This document shows, in pieces, positions 34,738 to 48,949 of a DNA stretch of 64,000 bases. The notes beneath the pieces were generated by a model. That model saw only the letters and a list, made by a program, of their open reading frames with translations. It was not told the DNA's origin and searched no databases. The translations under genes and the position numbers were made by a program. Position 1 is the stretch's first letter, and every line of letters starts with the position of its first letter. Where the stretch lies: the NCBI GenBank assembly GCA_965113315.1, contig OZ220372.1; one strand, given 5' to 3'. The DNA is from Podarcis vaucheri (Eukaryota).

Positions 34738-37700
34738 ATGTAGGGAATATAGGTTTTGAGGAGACATTTGAAGGAAGATAAATTATGTTTTGATCGCCCC
34801 TTAACTGTAAGCCTATTAACAGCGGCCTGTGTGATTAGATTTCAATGGTGAGAACACTCAATATGTACAATTTGCACTCCAGCTGTGAAACATAAATATT
34901 ATATATACATTTCATGTGGTGTTCTCTCAGCAAAATAATACAACAACTTTAGAAAGTGCTTCACTTACTAGCAAGTGGTCTACAACAGCGTCTTGAGAAC
35001 CCTGAGCAGAACATAAGATCTGCTAGAAATTACCACTTATGTCGACTTGAAGTGGTTTGTGTGATTATGAAATGGCATTCAGAAATACAGCACATACAAA
35101 TGGACTGTGTGGGGGAGCATTTTGAAAAACCCTAGGCGTGGCTTATGGGGAAAACTAAACTCAGGCCAAAGAGTTCACCGTAAGAGAAAGTGAAATGAAC
35201 TACTAATGATGGTACAATTGGCTTGTATTTGGGGCGAGGGTGAGGGAGAAAAAAGTGATATTTGCTTTAGGAATGCTACGTGGCCTACTTGTGGGGCTAT
35301 ACGTTCATTTAAAAAGAAAACGCTTGCGTGGCAATTCCACTATAGAGGTTGCCCATTAATAAGCATTTGTTCTGATTTGTTTATGAGGCATTTTTATAAC
35401 AATGAGCATTCATCCTGATTTGCTTGCAGGGTGACATCTTCCTATTATAGTCACTTGTTCATCCCACAACTTTTAACGCATTTCCAAATCATGAGAGTCA
35501 GCTTCTTCTTTTTCAAGCAGGTGTGGTGTACTAGGAAAACCGAATGCTTCAATCCACTTCAGTTGCGCAAATTTCCTAGTATGCAATGGAATCTCTTGCA
35601 CAAAATATGAACCATATGCAGGTACATCATGTCTCCTTCCCCCAGAGGAATTTGGTGAACTGGTGTGTCCCCCCCCCCATTTCTCTGCCAGCAAATAGGG
35701 TGGAGAATTGCACACACTTGGTGTTCATTCTCATAGCTGTGTGAAACTTCTCATAGAAATAGAGAAGAATATATCTTCACATATAATTCCTTTTTTAAAC
35801 ATTCCCTCCCTACACGCTTGTTAAGGGTAAAAAACCCCAACCATATGCAACTTATTAAAAAAATTAAGGAATAAAGACTTGCTTTAAAAGCATTTGATCT
35901 GGGGATCATTTGAAATCTCACTGTTTTCAGTGGTAATGATTTAGAAGAAAAATGCTATACGAAATGCATCTCAAAGAAAAAAAATTATATTTTTTTTGGT
36001 CCATGAAAACCAGCCTGTTGTAACGAACTACATAAGAAAAGGATAATAAATGGGCCAGAACATGAAGTCTGAATGCATAATTGTCTACACTTCATCACAA
36101 GAACACTGTGATGGATTCTTTAACTATTTTTCTTCACAGTCACTTTGGGTATCAGTACTGCCATAAGACTCCTAGGGATACCTTGCGTCTCGTCTAAACA
36201 TGAATGCAATCAAAGCAAAGCTGCTTCATTTAGGGAGGAAAAGATTGTTGTGAAAAATTGTCTAGCAGGCAGAAACAGTCTGCATTATTATGCCATCAGC
36301 TTTTAGAGTTATACTTAAATAGTTCCAAATCATCTGTTTTTGCAAAAGTAGCAGTGTGTGTCCAGCTAAATATCCTTGTTACACAAGTGGCTACCCATGA
36401 AAACCCACAGATAACATTCCATTTCCTCCCTACTTCAAAGTCTGCAAGAACGGAATCCTGCAGCCTCCCAATGCCATCCTCCCCCATCTCACAAGTTTTG
36501 AAGAGTTACAGGAGAATCCCTTTGGAATCGGTGAAACTTTAACACAATAATATGTTCATCAAACTAATATATTTTTGATGTCATGAATGAATGGGTAGAC
36601 TAATGTATCAATTCATGTATCTTCCAAACTATACTAGCAACGAAGGGCTGTGTTTTGTTTTGTTTTTTGCTTTAGGATTCATTTATGTCTGCCCACACCC
36701 ATGAAACAATTAGTCAACAATATGTGAATCTTTTCAAACTATTCTCCTGACCATTCTGCTTTTTTGCAGAATGCCATTGCCTGGCTTCTCTTGTATCACG
36801 CTAAATGCAGGTATCCGTGTCGACTAAACAACAACAACAAGAAGAAGTAAACATTATGCTATTTGTAGTCATCTGTCATTCATATTTCGTAACTCAGGAA
36901 TGCCCCACCTGCCCTATACTTTTAAAGCAGTATCTTACCACTATAAACAACCATATCTTCTCCCAAAGAATCATGGGAAATGTATGGACTGAGAGTTATT
37001 AGGAGACTCCCATATTCCTGTCATGCAGCTACAATTCCCACAGTTTCCTGAAAAAATAGGTTGATTGTTCAGCCACCTGGACAACTGTAGAGTGTAGAAG
37101 TCTGGAACTCAACTTATCAAAGTGTTCTCTTTTTGTTTGGTGTACATGTTCTTTCTTCTGAATTCCCCTTACCTACTATGCCCAAGTTAAATTTACTAAG
37201 AGTTGTAATCTGGCATTAGTCATATTCAGAATAGATATATTGAAACTGATGATCCTAAATTAGTAATGTTAATTAATTTCAATGAGCCTACGTATGATCA
37301 ACACTGGATACAGCCCTAAGTCTCAAGAAATATCCTTGATGTCTCTGTGCCATCCCCACGAAGCTTACTTTTTCTACCCTCATAGAGGAACAGTTCTCCC
37401 TCTCCCAGTCCACATGCTGATGGGGGAGGCTAAAGCACCTGCTGTAACACCACTTTCTTCCCTCCTGTGTTTACATCTAATGAAGCCAGATTTGACACAG
37501 TTCAAAGGCTGGAGACAGCAGCCGCCAGACCCTCACTTTATGCTTTCTGAATGCGTTGTTCCTGTTGTTTTTGTGTATTGTGAGTGTGACTGGAAATGGG
37601 GTACATACATTTAAAATCTAATCTAAGTCCAGGCATCATTATTTGTTTTCTCCTCCTCTACTTTTGTTTCTTTGCTTGCTCTGTCTCTATGAATGTCATG

Positions 37701-38452
37701 GTTGACATGTTCTGATGTCACAAGGTACCTGGGATAACACAGTGTGTAGTTCCCCACTTATTTCTTTCATAGTGGACTCCTGAATGCATAGAATGGCATG
37801 GGGAACCATCATAATTCTGTCCTAGCACATGTTCTTCTGGTTATGTGTGGAGGTTAAGTAGAAGGGCATTATAATGTTCCATTTTTGTAGAATTGTGTTT
37901 CACAACTTTTATGCTCTATTTCCGTATGGCCTTAAATGTATTATCCATTTTCACATTTCAGGATATGGCGGAATAAAATGTTTCTCTTTTCAGGAATAGG
38001 AAACATGGCGTAGCCTTGACATCATGTCACAAACCAGTTTACGTTTTACATTTATATCTGTAATTTATCTGCTTCTATATATAGTTGGCCCCATCTAGCT
38101 TTTAAATTAATCTGCCTAATGAGAAGCTCAACACATTCTAAAGGTTGAATACCCTTTCACTAATTTATAAGGCTATTAATGGCAAAAATAATAATCTTTC
38201 AAAGGCCTTTACTAGAAGAGATGTACGGGAAGACATCATGCATTTGAAGCCCATTCAATGCACATTTAAAAGATGTGATTCTGTTGCCCACCCCCAGACT
38301 GTAGTTTGTTCAGAGTGTTGAGAATTGTAGATCTGTAAGGGGGAAACTGCAGTTCCCAGGATTCTTTAGGGAAAGTCATGTGTTTTGCATGTGCTTTGGA
38401 TGTGTTGATCTGTCTGTAGTCTTATGTAGCCTATCTGATGAACACTCTACAT

Positions 38453-38770
38453 CAGGGTTGGGAAATTGTCTTCAGCCTGAGGGCCGCATTCCCTCTTGGA
38501 CAACCTTTTAGGGGCCACATATCCATGCTGTGCTGTGCCGCAGCCAAAATTGGATGGAGCAACATATTTAAATGATGCCTTTGTACAGTAGGCTAGTTTC
38601 GACACATACTTCCACACACCGCTCTATTCTTCATCCATACATTGTCAGAGTTTGACACATTCTAAACCAGGCAAAATCACCCAAGGAAGGTGAAAAACAG
38701 GGCAAGGGAGGGATGTGTTTGGAGAGGGATCGTGACCTGGGGAGAGACAATGGCCAGATAGTTCCCTGTT
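38453..38770. mobile_element. Decayed hAT (Charlie-like) non-autonomous element
   Basis: Left end cagggttgggaaa ... gagggccgcattccc ... ggggccaca; right end degenerate. Confidence 0.45.
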
Positions 38771-38938
38771 CTACATGAAAAGGTCTATAAGGAACAAGTG
38801 TAGGAGAAATGAGAATGTGTTCCCATTGCCAAGGCAACCAGGGCACCCTAACACATTTGAATGAACATCCCACCAAAATGAATTCTATACAGGAGAAAAA
38901 CATCAGATACATATTTGATAAGCAATCAAAGGCACATA

Positions 38939-39314
38939 CCGCATTTTTCCGCTGAGTTTTTTTTGGGGGGAATTGCCCAGACTTCTTGAGCCTTTTTTTT
39001 GGGGGGGGGGTGCCGAAAATCGCTTGCCAGGAGGACCGCCACAGCCAATCGCATGCACATCGACAAAGCCACCAATTGTATGCCTGCTTGCCAAAAGCAA
39101 GCACCAGTCACCCACCTAATTGCCGTGGCAGCCAGTAGCCAGCGGACCTTGCCGCACCTACCAATCACCCGCAAAAACACCACTGACAATCTCCTGCTAC
39201 TGGCAGCCACCAAACACCCGTCCCACCTCTCCACTGTCCATGTATAAGGCGACCACCAATTTTAGTATTATTTTTAAAATAAAATAACCTTGTCTTATAC
39301 ACAGAAAAATATGG
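38939..39314. mobile_element. Tc1/mariner (Tc2-like) MITE
   Basis: TA|ccgcatttttc ... cttatacacagaaaaatatgg|TA imperfect TIRs; internal GC-rich ccaatc repeats. Confidence 0.6.
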
Positions 39315-39384
39315 TATGTCATTGTTCTGCACTGCATGAAGTTCAGTGGGTTGCATATTGAGATGCATATCCCTGCATATCAGT

Positions 39385-39385
<1 letters not shown>

Positions 39386-39433
<48 letters not shown>

Positions 39434-39590
39434 TTTATTATTTATACCCCGTCCATCTGGCTGGGCTTCCCCAGCCACTCTGGGCAGCTTCCAAAAGAAT
39501 ATTAAAATACTATAATACATCAAACATTAAAAGCTTCCTGAAACAGGGCTGCCTTCAGATGTCTTCTGAAAGCTGTCAGATGTCTTCTTA
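39386..39590 (-). mobile_element. 3' end of an L2-type element with (TTA)n tail, seen as (AAT)n on +
   Basis: (aat)n 39386-39431 followed by tttataccccgtccatctggctgggcttccccagccactctgggcagc, a hairpin-plus-ATAAATAA terminus like the other L2 ends in the window. Confidence 0.6.
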
Positions 39591-40533
39591 GCAAGGCAAC
39601 CCATTTCTGCTTCTTCCACAAGCAGTAGCATTTCAGATTGGGGAAATGATGGAGGTGGGAAGCTTATTTTTAAAAAATATAAAAGGAAAGGAAAGAAATA
39701 CTCTTCTAAAGCATGGAAGATGGCTTTCTCAAGTGATTTCATATGCACCAAATGGCAAGGTGAAAACAGAACTTCACAACACTTTTAACACAGCACTAAT
39801 CTGTAAGAAATAATTTGAAATTGAGGTGGGGTGGGTGAGACTTCAAATTTTGCACAGTGATAAATTGCAATATGCCATTCAATCCATTTCACTTCCAAGG
39901 TGCCTTTGTTTTCCTCTTACCAACACCAGATCTGGAAAAAGCACTTGTCAGAAATAGAGACATAGTTGTGATTCATGGAGATTTTACAGAATTCTTTTTA
40001 TGTTCCAAAGAATATCCACAAAAGAATATTCCCCCTCGATCCAACTTCTTTCAGACAGGAGACTCCTTGATTAGGATAATTAGTAAATACTAGACAACTT
40101 CTCTTAGTTTTATCCTGAGATATTAACTAAAATTAGCCTCAGAAATAAAAGAATGACTGCATTAAAAAGCTGAAGTAATTGTGTATTCTTCCATTTAACT
40201 TCTTAGAATTCTTTCCTTCACACACGCACAAAGACTGCCGTAAGTTCTCCCTCCCTGCCACTCCAATTATTTTAGCACAATATTTTAATGAGGTTTGCTC
40301 TACTCCCAATTACAGACGTGTTGACTGTTGAATATTGTCAATCTAAGAGTGCAACAATAGTGCTTAACATTGGTATAGTGTTTTCAGGTGTTCCAAGTGT
40401 TTCACATCTGTTATCTAGGTGCGAGCCTTACAGTGACCCTGTCAGTATTATTACCCATCCTCCCCTAATAATAGAGACAAAGAGACGGAGTGATTGTTAA
40501 ACCACTATAGGAGTTGCAGCTCCCTGGGGAGAA

Positions 40534-40883
40534 TAAACCACTGAGCCTCTTGGGCTTGCCAATCAGAAGGTCGGCAGTTCGAATCCCCACGAGGTAAGCT
40601 CCCGTTGCTCGGTCCCAGCTCCTGCCAACCTAGCAGTTCGAAAGCACGTCAAAGTGCACGTAGATAAATAGGTACCACTCTGGTGGGAAGGTAAGTGATG
40701 TTTCCATGTGCTGCTCTGGTTTCGGTGCTCTGTTGAACCAGAAGCGGTTTAGTCATGCTGGCCACATGACCCAGAAAAACTGTGGACGAACACTGGCTCC
40801 CTCGGCCTGTAAAGCGAGATGAGCCCCGCAACCCCAGAGTCGTCTGCGACTGGACTTAACTGTCAGGGGTCCTTTATCTTTTT
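40534..40883 (+). mobile_element. Sauria SINE (Squam1), slightly 5'-truncated
   Basis: B box cagttcgaatcc; diagnostic body ctcctgccaacctagcagttcgaaagcac ... agataaataggtacc ... gtcatgctggccacatgacc; (cttta)-type tail. Confidence 0.9.
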
Positions 40884-42961
40884 AAAAAACTAATAGCAGG
40901 ACCTTTAACAAACTATAGTTCCCAGGATTCTTAGGGGGAACCCATGTATCTTAAATATAATAGTGCTTTAAATGTATGGTTTGGATGTGGCTTGAGTCTG
41001 GGACAGAGTGGCTTGCCTAAGGCTACCCTTGCAAGCGGAAGACAGAAATGAAATTTCTACAGCCATTACGTTGTGCATTTTTCCCCCATGTTGAAAGGGC
41101 TCTTCACTGTGTGGTGCCAGCTAATTAAAGGATGAATAAATTGCTAGGAAGGGACAGCATGTTTTGTGTGGGGAGGAATTATGCAAAACTTTTAACACCA
41201 CCTTTTTAGTTCAAAACTAGAAAATAAAAAATGAACAAGTAACATTCTAAAGCTTGTTTGTTGTGTGTTAGTGTGTGTATGTGGTGAGGTGTGTAGAGTG
41301 GGGAGAAAAACCTTCCATTGACTTACTTAATTACTTCTTAAGTGGTGACAAAGATAGCAGAATGGAAAGAGAAATTTAAAATGATTTCCACCTCATTTTC
41401 CCAAGATTAACAATGTCATAGCCATGAATGAAAAACAATTCAGTGGTAGACAACCCCTGAAATGCTCCTGAATACTTAAAAAGACAGAAAATCAATGCAG
41501 CCCATAACTATTGGCACAGACATGTAATGAAGTGTAAAACTTTGGTGTAACAACAAATTAAAACAGCATTCATGTCCAGGCTAATGAAGAACATAAAATG
41601 AATTTTTCTTTGTGCATGAGGAGGGGGGAGGATATTATCCTCGCTCCTGTTTTTCTTTTCTGCATTAAGTAAAGAGGAAAAACACTAAATCAAAAATGTT
41701 AATGAGAAGTTAAGACTTATTATGATCCACAGAGCCTTAGCTCACCTGAGTATTGTCAGGTCAGTGCCACATTTTCAATGAATAACAAGCTTTTCAGGAA
41801 GAATTTAAGAATGAATATGAAGAATGCCACAGGCAGGTTAATTGGGTTTGCACCTTGAAGTATTTCTTCCAAATTGGTTATCCACCCATTTTTCTTGCCA
41901 TTGATGCAGCACCAGGTTCTACGAGGAGGTGGAAAGCATCTTCAATACTGCCTGAGAGTAATGGGGGACAGTGCAAAGTGTTTCTGAAAATCAGGTTCAG
42001 ACATTTTATAAAGACAGAACAGAATGAGTCATGTGTTTGTATGTAGTTTTACATTGTTGGAAAAAAAATATTCCTATAAACTTAATATGCCATATTTTAT
42101 TTGGTATATACATTTGGGGAAAATATTTTTGCCATTTATTACTGTCATTTTATGCTCACATTTAAATTGAACTTCTGACTGTGCAGGTATTATTTCTTCT
42201 GGCAATGGTACAGAGCTGTTTTCCTTGTTCTCCGCAGGCGCTTAGGATCTTTTTTATAATCATTAGTCTGACTTGATGGAAGCTGTCCCACTATATTACC
42301 GAAACTAATGACCCCCAAACTGGGAAATTACTGGCAATGTAGAATCATAGCAGAATCATAACACTGTAGATGTGTTTATGCTGGGTATATTGTCTGCCAG
42401 CTCAAAACTGACATGTGTTATGAGATACAGAGCAGGTAAAGCCACACATTTGATTTTTGATTTGATTTGATTATTTAATGTTTATACCACTTGATATATT
42501 AAAAATATCTCTAAGCAGTATACAAAAACTTAAGCAACGACAGATAAATAAAATATTACAATGCAGTTTTTGCATTGACTGTTCCATTAATACAAAGCTA
42601 CTGATATATTCACATGTAATTCATTTCCCTTCTGATGTCCACTTCCTCCAAGCGCGCCAGCTTGCCCCCATGATTGAGGAAGGCCAGGGCCATGTGATGT
42701 GGGAAACACTAAATGGTGTTGTTCCTTTGAGGCAGCACTTTGGGGGTGAAACGGGGGTGTGGGTCAGCCCCCTTGTGCTGAAATTATGGTTTTAACAAAG
42801 ATGGGGTTTTAACCTGGATGGATATTTTATTGGGCGGTGGGGTTGCTTTCCATTATTTTTTAATGTTATACGTTAATTTGGATTTTGTATCTGTTTTAAT
42901 TATTTTTATTATGAGTTTGGTACTTTTTACATTGTACTTTATGTTGTGGTATAGGGAAGTA

Positions 42962-43176
42962 CAGTGGTACCTCGGGTTACAGACGCTTCAGGTTACAGAC
43001 TCCACTAACCCAGAAATAGTACCTCGGGTTAAAAACTTTGCCCCAGTATGAGAACAGAAATCACATGGTGGCAGCGGGAGGCCCCATTAGCTAAAGTGGT
43101 ACCTCAGGTTAAGAACAGTTTCAGGTTAAGAACGGACCTCCAGAATGAATTAAGTTCTTAACCCGAGGTAACACTG
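42962..43176. mobile_element. Tigger/pogo-like MITE
   Basis: TA|CAGTGGTACCTCGGGTTA ... TAACCCGAGGTAACACTG|TA. Confidence 0.88.
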
Positions 43177-43188
43177 TATACAAATTCT

Positions 43189-43234
43189 GATGATGATGGT
43201 GATGATGATGATGATGATGATGACGACAACAACA
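43189..43234. repeat. (GAT)n/(AAC)n microsatellite
   Basis: Seen directly in the sequence. Confidence 0.85.
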
Positions 43235-43447
43235 AAATTATTGGAGTGTGAGCCTATTTTTTTCTGGTAGCATCCAAAGGAGATTGATAGCTTTGCCTCT
43301 TAAAAGGTATCTATTTCCATGAGCTACTTAGTTTTATTTGGAAGTTGGCTCTATGTAAATCAAAGAAAGTTGCTCCCAAGTAAATGTTACTGTATCTGGT
43401 TCTTCTCTCCCCAACAAGATACTGAATTGCATCCTTTTCTCCTACTA

Positions 43448-43672
43448 CAGTGGTACCTCAGGTCACAAACACCTTGGGTTACAAACACTTCGGGTTACAG
43501 ACTCCGCTAGCCCGGAAGTAGTACCTCGGGTTAATAACTTGGCCCCAGGATGAGAACATAAATTGTGCGGCAGGAGATCCCATTAGCTAAAGTGGTACCT
43601 CAGGTTAGGAATGGTTTCAGGTTAAGAGCAGACCTCCAGAACAAATTAAGTTAATAACCAGAGGTACCACTG
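43448..43672. mobile_element. Tigger/pogo-like MITE, same family and orientation as 42962-43176
   Basis: TA|CAGTGGTACCTC ... GAGGTACCACTG|TA; shared internal cccattagctaaagtggtacctcaggtta. Confidence 0.88.
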
Positions 43673-44465
43673 TACTATTATAATTCAGCAGACTGGTAGA
43701 ATGTTTGTTCTTTAGAATTGCATTTTCTCATTATTCTCATTAAGCTTTTAAACAATACAAGGCTGACTGTTCTGCTCATGTGTGTGTTACAGGTAGTTCA
43801 ATAGAGGCAAGCTGCTGACAAATTAACTATGGGTGCCAACCAGCTATATTAAAATCCATTGGAGCTTTGCACACCCACACTATCAAAGCTTATGTTTGGT
43901 AATACCGAGCTCACTTTTTTTAAAAAAAATATAACTGGCTGGAAACAGCGGAGGAAAATATTAACTTGGGATCAGATTTTTATGATAACAACAGATTGCC
44001 TTGCTGTCTTGTAGGACTGTAACCAGCATCCAAAGTATGCTGAAATCAATAAATGTCTCCCAGTTTAATTCACTAAACTTGGATCACTAAACATTTCATA
44101 CTAATTTCATTCTGGGAGACAGTAACACTGCAGATAATTGGAACACTCCTCTCTACTCTCAATCAATGGCAAAAAAACTAATAGATTATTCTACGTCTAA
44201 TTGCCCCATAACCATAAGCACAAACCTCATAAGCAGAAACTCTGACCAAAGAAAAGGCAGGGAAGACAACTTGATGAAAATGTGGGCAGTGAGAGAGAAG
44301 GGGAGAGAAAGTATGTTAAAAATATTTAGATCAACAGGAAGGTTTTTTAAAAATACTTCAGAAGAATGAGATCAGCTGAAGATACTGTTTAACTATTAGG
44401 TAACGTGAGAAAAGGAAGGATCATGAGATTGCATATGCTGAATAAAATCTCATCTCCCTCCATCC

Positions 44466-44606
44466 CAGTGCTCCCCCCCTCTCATTTTGACTTAAGAGAA
44501 TTACCATTTTATAGTTCAAATCGGGGAAAATAAATACAGTAAATGGACCAAAATTCAAAGATTCACAAAATGTTTAGGGGTCTGCGTACCCCCAGAAAAA
44601 AGCACT
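44466..44606. mobile_element. Short hAT-like MITE remnant
   Basis: Ends cagtgct ... aaaaaagcactg; no clean TSD. Confidence 0.4.
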
Positions 44607-47600
44607 GCTTAGTCCTATAGGGTACCTACATTGGAAAGAGTTGCTTCTCTTTGTGTTACTGGATTATTATTGTTTGACACTTGCATGAAGTAGCTTGATT
44701 CTTATAGTTTGGTATCGACTCAAATTCATAAAGGAAACTTACAACCAAATTTCATACTTTAAAACTATCATTCAAAGTGTATCCTTGAAAATAAATATTC
44801 AAAATACGAATTTAAAAATATTCAACAGAATCACTCTGTGTACATATGTGGGCCAAAATTTCATTAAAAAACAATTTCCATTTTTATAATATTTCCTCAA
44901 ACACAGCCCATTTACCATGGCATAAAATGTTTATTTCAGTCAAGGCACAGTAGGATGGCCAGAATGAATAAGATTACATGCACATTTTATGCAAAATAAT
45001 GGTGCTGAAAGCCCTCCATTTCAATTCTGTGTTTGAGATAAAAATCCCATTACTATGTACAGTGGAATTCATATATCTTGTCTGAACATTCTGGCCTTAA
45101 ACAACAACAAAAGCAACTACGAAGTCCAAGCCCCAAACACTGACTTGTCATTTTGTCAAAATATCAAGGATGACCATACTGTTATTCAAAAAATGGATCC
45201 CATTTTTGTAATAAAGAATTCTACTCAACAATTAAAATACAACAACAATCATAGCTCCATTCAAAATCATTTAGGAATTACATCCAGTGCCATCACTGTT
45301 TGATAGATGTCACTAGGACAATTCAACATATTGACCTGACAGCATGTAATGATTCAGATCCCTCCATAAAATCAAATAAATCACTTTTGTCAAGAGCACA
45401 AAACCTTTCTCTCAGTACACAAACCTGTGTTTTCTCTATTCTGTTTTAAATAAAGTAAATCATTTACATTGTTTATTTTCATTGCACCTACAATGAAAGG
45501 GGCATGCAAAGCCAGAGCAAATCTACTATAATTAATTCAAAGTTTCAGACTATATTTGTATTCATAAATGTTCCATAAATGAAACATGTAAATAATACAT
45601 TAGAGGGCATGTAAAAGAACCAACACAAATAGAAAATGATTTTGTTCAAAACCTTTATGAACTATGTTATTGAAACTCCCTGTGAAATAATTGAAAACAG
45701 AGCAAAAAGAGCGATGATCTTACATCTGTAGATGCTGATATAATTATAGCCATTGAAGTATAAAGTTATTTTAAATAGCTAATAGAACATCATAGTCAGC
45801 TAATTATAAAAAGATGCAATTTTCTTCATTAAAAAGCCATAGCATTTCCACAATAGGCGGCAATTAAATAAAAATAAAAATATTGCCAAAGAGTCTCCAA
45901 TGCAAGAATTTGCTATGCTAGTAAATAAATGGTAAGGATATAGCAGTTCCACTAAACACAAAATGATGATAAATGTGCAGGGACAGTGCCAACGAATTGC
46001 ATACAGATATGCTGCCATGCCTGGCACAAGGCCAGCAGAACTGGAGTTTTCTACTAAACTCCAACATCTGAGCATTCAAACAACACATACAGATAGCTTA
46101 TGGTACTGTGAGAATGGACAGTCAACCCTAGGAGCTGCTACCACCCAAAATGAACATGCAACCATCTTCAGTGCAATCTGTCCTACAGTGTGTTTGTACT
46201 GTGCCACCATCAACTCTTGCCCTCTCCATCCTGATACACAGCAGTGACTGAGCTAGAGGGAGGTCAGGTGAGCAGCACAGACCCACCATGCTATCTGGTA
46301 CTGGATGACTTGCCCAAGTACTAGATCTTGGTTGAGGCAGTGACATACCAACCCCTGTCGGTGCCCTATAAAATTATAAAACTATAAAACTACTAATTAA
46401 TAGTGCTTGATTTTCCTTCTGGGTCTCTGATCTCTTTCACCCTAACCCACATCTTCAACAAAATTTCTCACACTCACTGAAGCAAAATATGTCAGCCATA
46501 TGCATGAAAAAATTGTGGAGGTCCTGGAATACTGCAGTGAACTGATATTCATCTATGCTTGGTGAATTGTTATTACTGATACTCCCACATAACCCTTTTC
46601 AGATGATCAAGAAAATATTCGATTCCTGTTCCCTGCACAATCATTTAGAAGAGCGGAGACATCAGAAATAGAAAGAGATTTAAATTGGTTAGATAAACTG
46701 ATATGAATTATACATTTAGCTACTGTATGCTTTATTTCAGGTGTGTAAAATTAAATGTCTAAGGTTTAACTTCCTGAAAGGTTTTAATTAGAGCTGGTCA
46801 AATAATTCATGGAAGTTTAACCACCTAATAAGTTTTAGCCTTTGTTTTGTTTTTTTGCCAAGGGTTTTGTAGAAATCAATGCTGTTTTAATGATCATTTG
46901 AGCGTGCATACTATTAAATTGTTCTAGCATGAAAAAAACAACCAGTTCACTCAGTCACCAAAGTTTTACTGTTAAGCCAGAACAGCATCTCAAAGAGGCC
47001 CTTATGATTAAAATTATAATAATACATTAACAAATAGTTAGATAATTCTTATTTAAGAGTTACTGGAAACTAAGCTCTCTTGGCACTGTGAACCAAGCTA
47101 TACACAGGAGAAAGTGAAAAGCAATCTGGCTATATGTACCAGGGTTTGCTCAATAAGAACTAACTGGACTATTTCCATGCAGTTGGATTGATCCAAAGTC
47201 ATTGCTATCGTCACTACATTTTGCAGCATCGATAGGTGTTGGCATTCATACACATTCAACAAATTTATTTCAGCATACAATATCCATGGAAATCTTGGAA
47301 GAGGGCAGGTTGTGAATCCTTTTCCATATTCACTGAAACAATCATTAAAACAGATTCACATTGTCTTAACATCTGCTGCATGGACAATATTTAATAAAAG
47401 TGGGGGGAACTGTAGCTCTTTCTCTATACTTGTACTAAAGTCTTCTTTTTCTTTCTCTATATTTGCACCAAAAGTCTGAAGAACACTTCCTTTCAGAGCT
47501 TGTAAGCTGCCTCATCAACAGACGCCATTCCACTATCCTGTTGACTTACAATTCATCTACCAAGGGATTAATTTGCTTGACATAAAGTTTAGCTCTAGAG

Positions 47601-48549
47601 GCTAAATATTGGAGCCTTGATCTACTGAGGGAAGAAACAGACAAACCGAGGTTGTGGTGAACAAAGAAATCAATGAACAGTGCTGTAGAAAGATGCCATA
47701 ATGAACCAGCTGGTTACAATAGCCTACAGCCTTAGCAGGCATCCTCAGTACTAAGAGCATTAAACTCCACACAGAAGAAAATGAACTGAAGTCTATCCAA
47801 CTGAATAGAATTCTTTGCAGGATTTCCATTTGGGCAGTGGGCGGGGGCTATGGTCAGAGAAAAACAAATTGGAAGTCACGATAAGCCATATATTGGATGC
47901 CTAGCTAGGATAAAATATCTCCCCCAAGCTGAATGGAATTATCCCAAAGAGGACTGGTGCTGGGTTGATACTGGGGTGCCTGCCTACAGTGGAACGAACA
48001 AACAAACTGTCTTCACTGAAATCGTTGTGAGCTAATTCACTTCCAGAAACATTCTGCTGTAGGAAGTCATTTTACTCTGCCCAGAACTGTGAGCACACAG
48101 CTTCCGATTAAGGCCTGTAAAAGCAGAAACGGGGCTTGAAAATAAGTACATCTTCTGTAGTGTAAATCAGGCAGTTCCAGATGTTGAAACCTGCTGTCAA
48201 TGCTTTCAGCTCCTCTTCCCATTATCATATATGAGCTGCATCTATGGCTTGCCCCTGATGCATCCATATTGTTGTTTATGGTACTGTTATGTACAGGCAT
48301 CACAATGGGCTCAAAATGTAAATATGGTAGGCAATTAGAAGCAAGCACAGCAGCTCAGGGTCTGGATCCAAACACATGTGCTATCCCCCCCCCACACACA
48401 CACCAGGGAACAATTTCCAAGCATCAAAATAATATACTTTAAAACAGGAGTATTATATGTAAGTAATGTAAATGGGAACACATCATTTATGCTATTTATG
48501 TAATTCTGGAAAATCAGGGAATTTTGTCACATTAACTTGATAATGATTA

Positions 48550-48780
48550 TTATTACATTTGTATTACATCTTTCCTCTGTTACATTTCTATCTCACTTTT
48601 CTTCCAAGAAGTTTCAGGTAATATGCATGGTTCCCTCCCTTTCTATTTTATCCTGTTATGCACATTAGACTGACTGTTAGCTCAGAGTCACATAGTGAGC
48701 TTCATAGCTGAGTGGGGATTTGACCCTTGGTCTCCTAGGTCTTAGGTTCACCTCTTTAATGGTTATAGTACATTGGCTAC
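48550..48780 (-). mobile_element. Old MIR/Squam3-like SINE
   Basis: gtgagcttcatagctgagtggggatttgacccttggtctcc matches the 16575-16762 copy. Confidence 0.6.
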
Positions 48781-48949
48781 CTTCAGGAACATACTTTCCA
48801 GACCCTACCTAAGCCCTTGGCTAGTTTCCTCAGTATATCTAGACACCAAGCAAAATTTCAGTCCCAAGTAGTTTACAGATCTTCAGGCTGGAGATCTCAA
48901 AAATCCTCAAATGAGATGGGGTATTTTCATGTGGTGAGTCTGATGTGTG

